A stretch of DNA of 64,000 nucleotides from Nitrososphaeraceae archaeon (GTDB taxonomy: Archaea; Thermoproteota; Nitrososphaeria; Nitrososphaerales; Nitrososphaeraceae): NCBI GenBank assembly GCA_044870765.1, contig JBIOZG010000012.1, positions 108,093-172,092 on the forward strand, in the 5' to 3' direction. The translations under genes were made by a program, and so were the position numbers. This document shows, in pieces, positions 1 to 9,608 of this stretch. The notes beneath the pieces were generated by a model. That model was not told where the DNA came from, searched no databases, and worked only from the letters and a program-made list of their open reading frames with translations. Numbering within the stretch: the stretch's first letter is position 1; each line of letters starts with the position of its first letter.

Positions 1-555
1 GTTTTCCTGGATATACTTCCAAATTTCTTCATTCGTCCAATCTGCCAATGGATTTAACTTAATGATTTTGTTGTTCAATGTATCAATTTCAATCTTTGAT
101 ATACTGTTTCTAGTTAACGATTGTTCTCGACGCAGTCCGGTGATCCAACAATCGAATTGTTTAAGAGCTCTTTTTAAGGGTTCAATTTTTCTAATATTGC
201 AACATTGTTTTCTATTCTCTACGCTCTCGTACATTAGATTCATTCCCTTATTTGCGACCATCTCCTCAACATCACTTGATTTTGGGAAATATACATCAAC
301 TTTAATATCGTATTTTAGTCTTATTTTGTCAATAAGATCATAAGTTTCTTGATTAAGTCTACCCGTATCGAGGGTAAAGACTCTAGTCAGATTCCTGTTA
401 ATATTGCACATCATGTCAATTAATACAACATCTTCCGCACCAAAGCTTGATGCAAGCACCATTCTGTCACGGTATTTCTTAAATCCCCATTTTAGGATCT
501 CGTCTGCGGCTTTTGATTCCATTTCCTTTGCAATATTGTTTATTTCATTTACCAA
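1..555 (-). CDS. cysH: Phosphoadenosine phosphosulfate (PAPS/APS) reductase, 3' end runs off window
   Basis: Not in ORF track; manual translation gives ASSFGAEDVVL...FTLDTGRL...CCNIRKIEPL...WITGLRREQS...KLNPLADWT. TTG start at 555 preceded by GGGGAGG. The CC pair suggests the [4Fe-4S] APS-reductase type. Confidence 0.9.
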   Translation of the reverse strand, partial: MVNEINNIAKEMESKAADEILKWGFKKYRDRMVLASSFGAEDVVLIDMMCNINRNLTRVFTLDTGRLNQETYDLIDKIRLKYDIKVDVYFPKSSDVEEMVANKGMNLMYESVENRKQCCNIRKIEPLKRALKQFDCWITGLRREQSLTRNSISKIEIDTLNNKIIKLNPLADWTNEEIWKYIQEN

Positions 556-750
556 AGCATTCGGAGCCTCCCCATCATATTGTTTATCTGCACTATTTCT
601 AATTTGAGAAAAATAGGCTTATAATTATTATTCTTTTTGTCGGTTTAATATAATAAAGTTATCTAACGCAAATATACTCCAGGTGTTTTTATCCATTAGG
701 AAGATTCATTATTAGTGTTGTATATGAGTGATATGTGGAGGTTCTAGTTT

Positions 751-2124
751 TTGGCTCATGACTTTTGGCAAAGTATATTCAAATATCAGAATTTAGGCTT
801 TGATCCAATAGGATGGATATCGAATTGCTCCAACGAAGTTGATAATTTGACACTGGATAAATCATTTGAGAAGATAAAGCACAATTCATGGGCTGACCTG
901 TCGTGGTTTGATTCATTCCATTATAGTGGAAAAAGTCCAGACATTACACGCAGAATATACAAAGTGAATGAATCGATCACAGAAGATTTGAAAAATAAGA
1001 TACTAATTTCATTAATGAGGATTCACAATGAGGTCGCCGAAGATCAGCAAAGTCTTTCCCACCTCTTAGATGATTTTTATGGAAAGAAACCTCCCAAGCA
1101 TCCGTTAAGAAGACTTGTAGTGTCAACTACGTCCCAGTACGATTCACAATTTGCAGTGGTTGACTACATTGACACACATAGAGGAAATAAGTTAGGATAT
1201 ACTGCGATTAATATCTCATCTGGAAAACTAATTGATCCTGATGAAGAACCAGATTCAATCGTCAATACGTCAATTGCCTTAACTTCAGCTCTTGAAAATC
1301 TCCTATTGCTTGGTTGTACTTCAGGATTTAAGATAATACCAATATATGATGCTCCCGACGAAAGCTTGCTAGACAAAATAAGATCAAACATTGACATGTT
1401 TGCGGCAAAATATGATCTATTACTTGATGATTACAGTTCACTTAAATTAGGAAAACTTTTCTTTGGGGCAACAGCTTATGCTCACTCTACCAAAGAATTG
1501 CCAGTAAGATACGATCTGATTCAACCGGGCATGGTATTGATTTTGACAAATAAATTTGGATCCTTAACTCCGCTCAGTATTTATACAATAAATCAGATTG
1601 GTGAAATGAACTCAATCCTAGGCAAGCATCAATCAATTGATAAAAATATCAAGGATGAAATAATAAAATCTTTAACTCAACCGCGTTTTTCCTTGGGTAA
1701 GATAATTTCAAAATATTGTCCCGGTTTTGGAAAGGAATTTGATACAAATGCCAATATAGTCGGTGTATATCCGGTTGGTTCAGATGGCATTTTGGCTTTA
1801 CTCAATTTGGCCAAAATTTCAAACGCACACATTATAGTAAATGAACTTCCGATAATACATGAGGAATTGGCAAAGTTTGCCACTGACGAATTCCTTGTCT
1901 CAAATTCAACGGCATCCACCAATGGATGTCATCTTATAATTTCAAGCGAAGACCTCGCGCCGATAATTATGGAGGATTTGAAAAAACATAACTTTGAGCC
2001 GCAGATAATTGGATTTGTAAATGATAAGGAAAAACCGATGGTTACCATTAATAATAATATAAATAAGTATGTGGCAGCGAAACACATCACGTCTCTATTC
2101 AATATTTCAACACAGATAGCTTAA
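751..2124 (+). CDS. SelD/AIR-synthase (PurM-like) superfamily protein, SelD-related putative sulfur-metabolism type
   Basis: N-terminal GFDP..W...C, ALTSALENLLLLG, GATAY, GMVLILTNKFG, STASTNGCHLI resemble the archaeal SelD-related family; divergent from cysH. Confidence 0.6.
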   Translation: MAHDFWQSIFKYQNLGFDPIGWISNCSNEVDNLTLDKSFEKIKHNSWADLSWFDSFHYSGKSPDITRRIYKVNESITEDLKNKILISLMRIHNEVAEDQQSLSHLLDDFYGKKPPKHPLRRLVVSTTSQYDSQFAVVDYIDTHRGNKLGYTAINISSGKLIDPDEEPDSIVNTSIALTSALENLLLLGCTSGFKIIPIYDAPDESLLDKIRSNIDMFAAKYDLLLDDYSSLKLGKLFFGATAYAHSTKELPVRYDLIQPGMVLILTNKFGSLTPLSIYTINQIGEMNSILGKHQSIDKNIKDEIIKSLTQPRFSLGKIISKYCPGFGKEFDTNANIVGVYPVGSDGILALLNLAKISNAHIIVNELPIIHEELAKFATDEFLVSNSTASTNGCHLIISSEDLAPIIMEDLKKHNFEPQIIGFVNDKEKPMVTINNNINKYVAAKHITSLFNISTQIA

Positions 2125-2182
2125 TCCACAAGCAATTAAAAAATTGGAAATATTTTATTATTTGATAAACCAATAACTATGC

Positions 2183-2644
2183 ATGAGTTCAACAATTGAG
2201 GATAACTGCATTTTCTGTAAGATTGCTCAAAAGAAAATAGATGTGAAAATAATAGACGAAAATGAAAAAGCAATTGCATTTCTTGATGCCTTTCCATTGA
2301 CTTCCGGACACACCCTGGTCATTCCAAAAAGACATTATGAAAAATTACAAGAAGTTGAATTTGATCAGGTTACGCCTTTGTTTAGTTTGGTACATAAATT
2401 AACGGCTTACGTCGAAAGGGGAACAGATGCGCAAAGTACTCTAATAGCTATTCATAATGGTAAAGATGCAGGACAGGAAATACCACACTTACATGTGCAT
2501 ATTGTACCAAGAAAACATGGTGACGGAGGCGGCTCAATTCATTCCATGTTTCATTCGAGTCACAGATTAGACGACAATGAAATGAGCAAAGTGTTTGGGG
2601 ACATACGAGCAGGTATTGCTGGCGAAGAGGTCAAGGGCCATTGA
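2183..2644 (+). CDS. HIT family nucleotide hydrolase
   Basis: CIFCKI, GHTLVIPKRH, AGQEIPHLHVHIVPR histidine triad. Confidence 0.95.
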   Translation: MSSTIEDNCIFCKIAQKKIDVKIIDENEKAIAFLDAFPLTSGHTLVIPKRHYEKLQEVEFDQVTPLFSLVHKLTAYVERGTDAQSTLIAIHNGKDAGQEIPHLHVHIVPRKHGDGGGSIHSMFHSSHRLDDNEMSKVFGDIRAGIAGEEVKGH

Positions 2645-2648
2645 GCAT

Positions 2649-3341
2649 CTAGTTTTGTTTAATTGCTGAAATTGTGTCCGGAAGTTCAGACAATTTATTC
2701 AAAGTGAGTGTAGGTAGCTCATTTTGATTTCTAGGAACTTGTATATTGAATGGAGAGTGAGATAACAGAATGGTAATAATTTCCAACTTATTTGCCATCT
2801 TTATATGAGTATCTAATCTATCTCCAATTAATATGGCTTCTTTTGAATTAATTTTTAACATGTTTAGAATCAATTTAAAAGTTTTCTTATTGGGATCTCT
2901 TGCCATGTCAGGCAAAATACAACAATCAAAGTACTTGTCCAGATTATAAAATTTCAAAGTTCTTGATATTTTGTTGTCTTGGTTATCAATTAAGAGTAAC
3001 CTAAAAGTTTTGGACAGAATTTCTAACGTCGTTTTTGCATCGTCGAAAGGATACAGAAAATGTTTCTGTGCAAATTCTATCGATGGTAGAATATATTTTA
3101 GAACAATCTTTTCGTATCCTACAGGCATCAATGCCTTACTTATTTGTACAACTAATTCCTCAATGCCACCTATTTGCAATTTCCGGTTCCTTATGATATC
3201 ATTCTTGATGGTACAATAATTACGGATATCAATTCTAGATCCTAACTGATTTAATAGGTAGAGTAATCTAGAATCAATGAATGAATAGAAATTTTCTTCA
3301 TCCATTAATGTTCTTCCAACTAGGAAAATAGAATTTATCAC
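2649..3341 (-). CDS. HAD-superfamily hydrolase-like protein with degenerate motif I
   Basis: LDKYFD, ILIGDRLDTHI motif IV; N-terminus FLVGRTLMD lacks the nucleophile Asp. Confidence 0.65.
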   Translation of the reverse strand: MINSIFLVGRTLMDEENFYSFIDSRLLYLLNQLGSRIDIRNYCTIKNDIIRNRKLQIGGIEELVVQISKALMPVGYEKIVLKYILPSIEFAQKHFLYPFDDAKTTLEILSKTFRLLLIDNQDNKISRTLKFYNLDKYFDCCILPDMARDPNKKTFKLILNMLKINSKEAILIGDRLDTHIKMANKLEIITILLSHSPFNIQVPRNQNELPTLTLNKLSELPDTISAIKQN

Positions 3342-3437
3342 TAATATTCACTATTACTATTTGATATTGATGTTAAAGATGTATTGACATTGAAAATGAA
3401 GTTCTTATTATGGTAATAATACAAGATCGTTTTAGAT

Positions 3438-3893
3438 CTAAGATCCTTTTTTCTTGATTTCAACATAAGATTCTCTAAGCAGGAGAAAAGTAAGTGAAAA
3501 AATTGTTACTCCAATCGAGAGATGTATTGCAACTATATAAGGATTCAATTTGGTCGATACTACTAAAAATCCCATGACTATCTGTACACTGAGTAATGAC
3601 GTAAGAATTGCAACTATCAGTCTATTTAATTTCCATTTGCTTTTTCTAATAAAAATTAAAGTAATACCTGTAAAAATAGCAGCAATAATAGCCACAAGCC
3701 TATGAAAATGCTCATAGAAAAATTTATCCTGGGGGTATGCAAACCCATTCGGACACAGGGGCCAATCTGGACACGCAATTCCCTTGTTTAAAGACGAGAT
3801 ATATACACCAATTAGCATTGTCGTATAAATTAACCCCATTGATACAAATGGCAAAACTAGGTTCAGAAATTGGCTATTTTTCATATCTGCCAA
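3438..3893 (-). CDS. ctaA: Compact heme A synthase (COX15/CtaA family)
   Basis: CPDWPLC and EHFHR motifs, 4 TM helices, second His (AIHL). Confidence 0.75.
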   Translation of the reverse strand: MADMKNSQFLNLVLPFVSMGLIYTTMLIGVYISSLNKGIACPDWPLCPNGFAYPQDKFFYEHFHRLVAIIAAIFTGITLIFIRKSKWKLNRLIVAILTSLLSVQIVMGFLVVSTKLNPYIVAIHLSIGVTIFSLTFLLLRESYVEIKKKGS

Positions 3894-3981
3894 CTATTTT
3901 CTATTAATTCCGGTTTACTAAATCTTAGGACTTGATGTGGGAGTAAACAACTAAATTCATTTAAAGTCAAGTAAAATAAAC

Positions 3982-4191
3982 TCATAATAATTCTTCGTCA
4001 ATTTTTTCAATTTTGTCAACATAGCTGGTACAATTACATCCCATTATCAAACACTTTCCTACTTCGAATAAGGAGTTTAGTTTGTCTTTGTTCTTTTCTA
4101 ATTCATGAGCCACATAAACATGACCGCAGTAAAGGCAATTCACAAATATCGAAATCCAAGTGTCTATTATTAACTTTGTCAGCGATACCAT
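3982..4191 (-). CDS. Small Cys/His-rich hypothetical protein
   Basis: CxxCxH...H...CxxxxCxC; start uncertain. Confidence 0.5.
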   Translation of the reverse strand: MVSLTKLIIDTWISIFVNCLYCGHVYVAHELEKNKDKLNSLFEVGKCLIMGCNCTSYVDKIEKIDEELL

Positions 4192-4279
4192 AAAGAGCCG
4201 TGATAATTATGGAATGTTTTTGTCAGTTCCATTTTTATATAATACGTCAATATTCAAATCACGAATATAGCGATACATA

Positions 4280-5050
4280 ATGAACATTAATGAATTCTTA
4301 TCAACTCTGCCAAACTCGGTTATTGCAGGAAACAATGTCAGCTTACCAGATAATGTTATTAAAAGAATGCTAAGACTTGCGAGCCTAAACAAAAATGATG
4401 TTTTTTATGATCTTGGTTGTGGAAATAGTAATGCTGTCTACATTGCCTCCACTCACTACAAAGTGAAAAAGGCAATAGGTATCGAAAAGAGAAAAAAATC
4501 AGTAATTGAACTAATTAAGAAAACTCGAGATTTAGGAAACGTTAAAGTCATGGTCGATGACATAAGAAGAGTGGATATCTCTGACGGTAATGTGTTCCTT
4601 TTTTGGTTTCACAATGATACTGTCATAAAAAAGATGATACAAAAATTTTCTACAGAGTTAAAAAAAGGCAGCAGAATAATTTCGATTTGGTCCCCCCCAG
4701 ATATGATTTTACCGGACAAAGTTGATTTCCCATTTTTTGTATCTCGTACACCATTCAGGTTCGCAAATAGTATAGAAGAACAAATCAAGGCAATCTACGG
4801 TCAAAAATGTCTCGATTTTACCGCAGCATGGTTGTTGGGAGATAAATACCTGGAAAGTTTGGAAGTTGTTCCAGCTCGGTATAAACGATTTCTGAATATC
4901 CTATATTCGATGATAATCTGGATAAATGCTTGGAATATGAAAGTATCATGTGAAGATGAGATTCCACCTCCTGTCGATTCGTATTTAGGAATACTTCGTA
5001 CATTTTTCAGCCTAGACTTGAGTTCATTAATTCAAAATAAAGATAAGTGA
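4280..5050 (+). CDS. Class I SAM-dependent methyltransferase
   Basis: VFYDLGCG motif I, AIGIE motif II. Confidence 0.8.
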   Translation: MNINEFLSTLPNSVIAGNNVSLPDNVIKRMLRLASLNKNDVFYDLGCGNSNAVYIASTHYKVKKAIGIEKRKKSVIELIKKTRDLGNVKVMVDDIRRVDISDGNVFLFWFHNDTVIKKMIQKFSTELKKGSRIISIWSPPDMILPDKVDFPFFVSRTPFRFANSIEEQIKAIYGQKCLDFTAAWLLGDKYLESLEVVPARYKRFLNILYSMIIWINAWNMKVSCEDEIPPPVDSYLGILRTFFSLDLSSLIQNKDK

Positions 5051-5105
5051 TAACTGAAGACACGTTATGCAGTCATTTATTATGTAGTCATTTTTTAATA
5101 TTTCG

Positions 5106-6071
5106 TTACCTGCCAACCCAACCCAATCTTTTGAAATACCAAACCATTACCAGTGAAGGGATTATTGCAATCAAAAGTAAAATTATGAATGAAGTATATG
5201 GACCAAGAAAAACTGGACTTCCTGTGATAAGACCGCCTGGAAGATTAACATTCATACCATAGTAAGCCCCAACTACTGTTGCAGGTATGGAAAGTGTGAA
5301 TAGGATAGTAAGAGTTGCTAAAATCTTGTTTGATTTTTCCGTACTTAACATGAAATCTGTATCTTTGAAAATTTCTATAGTTTCTTTTGATTCCTCAAGA
5401 ACTTCAAGAACCTTTTCGGTATGATCCTTAACATCATCATAATAATCGGTCAAATCTTCCTCCGAAAATCTTTGCATCTCTTTGCTCAACTCCAATATTA
5501 CTCTTCTTAAGGGAACAACTACTCTTCGGAGAGTCGTTATCTCTCTTCGCAATAAAGAAATATCTTTTGCTACTGCGACTTTCTCATCAAATACGAGATC
5601 CTCAATATCATCCAGATTTCCTTCGAGCTTCATTAATACATGTAATAGATCATCGACCATAAGATCTATAATGCTATGTAATAGATACCCTGATGAAGAA
5701 CCCATGAAGGTTTCCTTCTGCCTTTCATTTTCCTTGCAAAGGTTGAACATTTCAGTGATTGGTTTTAGTTCGCCTTGCTGTACGGTAATGAGATAGTTAG
5801 GTCCCGCAAAGATTGCAAGCTGAGTTGAACGTGGAATACTCTTATCCTTATCCACAGTCGGGAAGTGTAAAATTACAAAAATTTGATCCTGATACCTGTC
5901 TATTTTTGGTATTTGTATTTTCGAAAGACAATCCTCAATATTTAGTTCGTGGAAAGGGTATTTACCTTCCAGCATTTTTAATTTTTTTCTAGTGGGTTTT
6001 TGAATATCTATCCATACCAGACTCTTATTAGTAATTGATTCAAGTTGACTAGAATATTCAATATTGGTCAT
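5106..6071 (-). CDS. corA: CorA Mg2+/Co2+ transporter
   Basis: YYGMN signature between two C-terminal TMs; FHEL.IED, PKID. Confidence 0.93.
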   Translation of the reverse strand: MTNIEYSSQLESITNKSLVWIDIQKPTRKKLKMLEGKYPFHELNIEDCLSKIQIPKIDRYQDQIFVILHFPTVDKDKSIPRSTQLAIFAGPNYLITVQQGELKPITEMFNLCKENERQKETFMGSSSGYLLHSIIDLMVDDLLHVLMKLEGNLDDIEDLVFDEKVAVAKDISLLRREITTLRRVVVPLRRVILELSKEMQRFSEEDLTDYYDDVKDHTEKVLEVLEESKETIEIFKDTDFMLSTEKSNKILATLTILFTLSIPATVVGAYYGMNVNLPGGLITGSPVFLGPYTSFIILLLIAIIPSLVMVWYFKRLGWVGR

Positions 6072-6166
6072 CTGGCCTCATTCTTGGTTAACTTTAAAGT
6101 TGAAATATTGTATATTAAGATATCTGATTAATTTCGCGATTTCGACAAATTAGGTTAAAATAATGC

Positions 6167-6493
6167 ATGATAATGCATGTTTATATGGCAAAAGTAGTTG
6201 TCGGAAAAACTGAAGATATTCAAGAAGGAAAATTGGAGCATATAACGGCTGGTGGAAAAGAAATAATGGTAACGAAATTGGATGGAAATTATTACGCAAT
6301 TGATAATATTTGTACTCACGCAGGAGCAGAACTTCATGAAGGTGAATTAAAAAACAATGAATTAACGTGTCCGTGGCATGGAGCAAAATGGGATGTCAAG
6401 ACTGGAGCATTAATCTCATTTCCACAAAAATTAAAACCACTACAAAGTCACAAAGTCTTGGTAGAAAATGATACCTTGTATGTTGAAACATAA
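6167..6493 (+). CDS. Rieske [2Fe-2S] ferredoxin (likely start ATG 6185)
   Basis: CTH...CPWH motifs. Confidence 0.92.
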   Translation: MIMHVYMAKVVVGKTEDIQEGKLEHITAGGKEIMVTKLDGNYYAIDNICTHAGAELHEGELKNNELTCPWHGAKWDVKTGALISFPQKLKPLQSHKVLVENDTLYVET

Positions 6494-6983
6494 ACTTCAA
6501 CAGTAGAAGTAGCAAGTTACTATTATTTTTTAGCGAATTAACTAATGTGTAAGTAACAAAATTGATTGATCCTTTACTAAATTGGAATACAGTAGTATTT
6601 TTAAATTAGTGATTTTTAACAGATTCAATTTATCGTATTTTTCATAATTGTTCCGTTTTGAAGAACATTATTAATTTGCCATCAGACAATCTTTTTTCGA
6701 ACACTGAAAGCTGTAATTTGATGAAATTCTAAATAATTGTACGACGAGTACTGATTTTAACCAAATTTACCAAATTTACGGAACTTACAAACGCACAATT
6801 TCTAAAGAAAGTTTAATGACCATAGTAGGCAATCTACACATATGGTGACTTTTACCTCGTATTTCCAAATATTCTTACCGGTTCGATGTAGCGCTTGTCA
6901 ATTTAGTTTGATTATAATATTTGCAGATAAAATTATTGATTTATATAGAATTGCAATAAATATGGCATAACTGAATTAAAGAT

Positions 6984-8174
6984 ATGAAGCTTGATGTCCC
7001 GAGATTCACAGAAAGATTCGGATCAGTAAGTCTACATGGAGTGCAACGTGTATACGAACTGGATTCTGGACACAAGAACAAGCATCCAAAGACCGAATCT
7101 GAAGTAATTCGCTCTATTGATGATGAAATAATATCTAAAATTGAATCTGAAATGGCGATTGTCATTCCTATAAAAGGAGAACGTTTAAAGCTCTTAGAAG
7201 GAGTACTAAGCGGCATCCCCCATGATTGCTTAACAATAATTGTATCTAATAGTCCTAGAGAACCGATTGACAGGTACAAACTAGAAAAACAGGCAATTGA
7301 GCAATTTAATAGATTCGCGGAAAAAAAATCAGTTATCATACATCAGAAAGATACGGGTCTTGTAAAGGCTTTAGAAGAAGTCGGCTATACTGATCTTTTT
7401 GACTCCGAAAATAAGATACGTAACGGAAAAGGAGAGGGGATGTTTATTGGCATGCTCCTTTCAAAAATGATGGGAAAAAAATACGTTGGATTCGTAGATT
7501 CTGACAACTATGTCCCTGGTGCGGTCAACGAATATACAAAAATATTTTCTTCTGGTATTGCGTTATCAACCACACCATACACAATGGTTCGTGTATCTTG
7601 GATATACAAGCCAAAGATTTCGGAGTCTGGTGTACGATTTTCCAAGCTTGGACGAGTTTCTGAAATGACGAATCAATTTCTAAATTTCATGATATCGTAT
7701 TACACTGGTTTTGAAACAGAAGTTATTAGAACAGGAAATTCTGGAGAACATTGCATGTCTATTCAACTAGCAGAGCTATTGACTTACTCGTCCGGTTTTT
7801 CGATAGAACCTTATGAAATAGTTAATTTATTGGAACAATTTGGTGGAATAACGCCTCCTGAACATAAGGATACCATGGAGAAAGGAGTAGAGGTTATGCA
7901 AATCGAAACACGCAATCCACATTTTCATGAAGAAAAGGGGGACCTGCATATAAAAGAGATGTTCTTACAAGGGTGGGGCAGTATTTTTCATAGCAAGTTA
8001 TGTCATCCAGAGCTTCGTGAAAAATTAAAGGCTGAGTTAATTTCAAGAGGAATATTAGAGAAAGTAAAAGAACCTCCACAATTACATAAAATGAGACCGT
8101 TCAAGGATATGGACATTCTGAAATTCGAAAAAATTTTGAAGGAACAATCCAATTCTCTTACAATTTTTGAATAA
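6984..8174 (+). CDS. mpgS: Mannosyl-3-phosphoglycerate synthase (GT55)
   Basis: ERFGSV, GVLSGIPHDC, RNGKGEGM, GFVDSDNY, GNSGEH, ETRNPHFHE. Confidence 0.92.
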   Translation: MKLDVPRFTERFGSVSLHGVQRVYELDSGHKNKHPKTESEVIRSIDDEIISKIESEMAIVIPIKGERLKLLEGVLSGIPHDCLTIIVSNSPREPIDRYKLEKQAIEQFNRFAEKKSVIIHQKDTGLVKALEEVGYTDLFDSENKIRNGKGEGMFIGMLLSKMMGKKYVGFVDSDNYVPGAVNEYTKIFSSGIALSTTPYTMVRVSWIYKPKISESGVRFSKLGRVSEMTNQFLNFMISYYTGFETEVIRTGNSGEHCMSIQLAELLTYSSGFSIEPYEIVNLLEQFGGITPPEHKDTMEKGVEVMQIETRNPHFHEEKGDLHIKEMFLQGWGSIFHSKLCHPELREKLKAELISRGILEKVKEPPQLHKMRPFKDMDILKFEKILKEQSNSLTIFE

Positions 8175-8232
8175 TTTTTGCCGATGATTTTTCCAGTGTT
8201 TTGACGAGAACATTTCCGTAAACTAGCAAAGT

Positions 8233-9066
8233 CTATTTGTTACCAATGATATCGCACGCTTCCTTGTTTACTATTTTACGTATTATCAAGAGCGGAGTCC
8301 CTAACAAAATCGGAATGCTTATTGCTATGAATAAACTTTGAAAAGGTGCTAATCCAGAGATAGCGGCACTTGTACCGAACCCTATTAGGAATGAAAATAG
8401 ACTACCTGCACAAGTAGGACAACCGATGAATAATCCACTGAATATGCCAAAAGTCGAAACGGCTGAGAATTTTCTTTGAGCCTGATACCTAAACATCCTA
8501 AGAAAGTGTAAATTTAGTGCAAAATTAAAGCCAACCATTGACGATACAGATATTGCGAGTATCAGATTCAGAGGGATTATCAATATCGAAAATGAGTCAC
8601 TCAGCAATAATGTTATCATCGGAACATAGCCAGGATAATTACAACAAACTGTGATAGAAATAGATGGAACAACATCACCTTCAATATCTTCATGATAGAT
8701 GAGAATTTGAGACAAGAAACCAAAGAAAATCCCGTAAACAACAGAAGAAATAACAAAAATTCTCCAGTAAGTCTTGTCTGTCAAAATCCTAGAAATGTAT
8801 GCAAGATAGCTCTTATTTGATTCGGACTTTATGGATTCAGAATGAAGTGCCAAATGTAATCCATAACCAATGGCAATTAACGAAACCAATATCAAGAAAA
8901 TATCGGCGATAGCCAAGTTGTATAGTCTTGAAACGTCCGCTGACGATTGATTTGAACTTAATAATGAGTATATTGAGATAGCGAAAATTATTGAAAATAC
9001 GCCGATTGTAATAATTCGAAAGCCTCTATTGTGAAGCAACTGGTAATTATCGAGCATGGCAAACAA
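8233..9066 (-). CDS. Multi-pass membrane protein with CC and CPTC motifs
   Basis: About 6 hydrophobic segments; VCCNYPG and GCPTCAGS. Confidence 0.7.
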   Translation of the reverse strand: MFAMLDNYQLLHNRGFRIITIGVFSIIFAISIYSLLSSNQSSADVSRLYNLAIADIFLILVSLIAIGYGLHLALHSESIKSESNKSYLAYISRILTDKTYWRIFVISSVVYGIFFGFLSQILIYHEDIEGDVVPSISITVCCNYPGYVPMITLLLSDSFSILIIPLNLILAISVSSMVGFNFALNLHFLRMFRYQAQRKFSAVSTFGIFSGLFIGCPTCAGSLFSFLIGFGTSAAISGLAPFQSLFIAISIPILLGTPLLIIRKIVNKEACDIIGNK

Positions 9067-9173
9067 CCAAGTGTAAATTAAGTTATCAAAAGGAATCCAA
9101 TCTATATTAAGTTAATTCAAACCAAGATTAGGTTTTGGATAAAGTCTAAATTTACCGCCGTATAAAAAAAGAC

Positions 9174-9599
9174 ATGGACGAAACTTTCACAAGTGATGGT
9201 TTTATTACAGCGTCGATAAGCTTTGTTGGTTTCGTTGATAAACTCGGCCTTGAAGGACTTTTGACTTTGAAATCAGATGATGGAAGAGAATTTCCAATAC
9301 GTGCGTTTTCAGGAGAAGTCGCAAGGCATATTCTAAGATTTAAAGAAGGAGACAAGAGTACTATACCCACAATCTATAACCTTATTGAAGATATATCATC
9401 CCTTCAGGATCTATTACTGATAGAGATAAGAATATACAGAAACGGTCCTGTTTTAAGATCTAATCTTTATTTCAAAACTCGTAAGGAGGTAATCACATTA
9501 AGAAATTACCGTGCGTCAGATTCTATAGCATTAGCTGCATTTTTTGATGTACCAATAAAAGTAAGAAAAAATCTGTTTGAAGAAACTATCGAACAGTAA
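9174..9599 (+). CDS. Bifunctional nuclease-like (DUF151) protein
   Basis: LKSDDGREFPI, PTIYNL, RASDSIALA. Confidence 0.75.
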   Translation: MDETFTSDGFITASISFVGFVDKLGLEGLLTLKSDDGREFPIRAFSGEVARHILRFKEGDKSTIPTIYNLIEDISSLQDLLLIEIRIYRNGPVLRSNLYFKTRKEVITLRNYRASDSIALAAFFDVPIKVRKNLFEETIEQ

Positions 9600-9608
9600 A
9601 TTGCTAAA

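Noticed and set aside
62-607. Plus-strand ORFs 62-343 and 404-607
   Set aside because: Antisense shadows of cysH; the same applies to the many short antisense ORFs inside well-supported genes.
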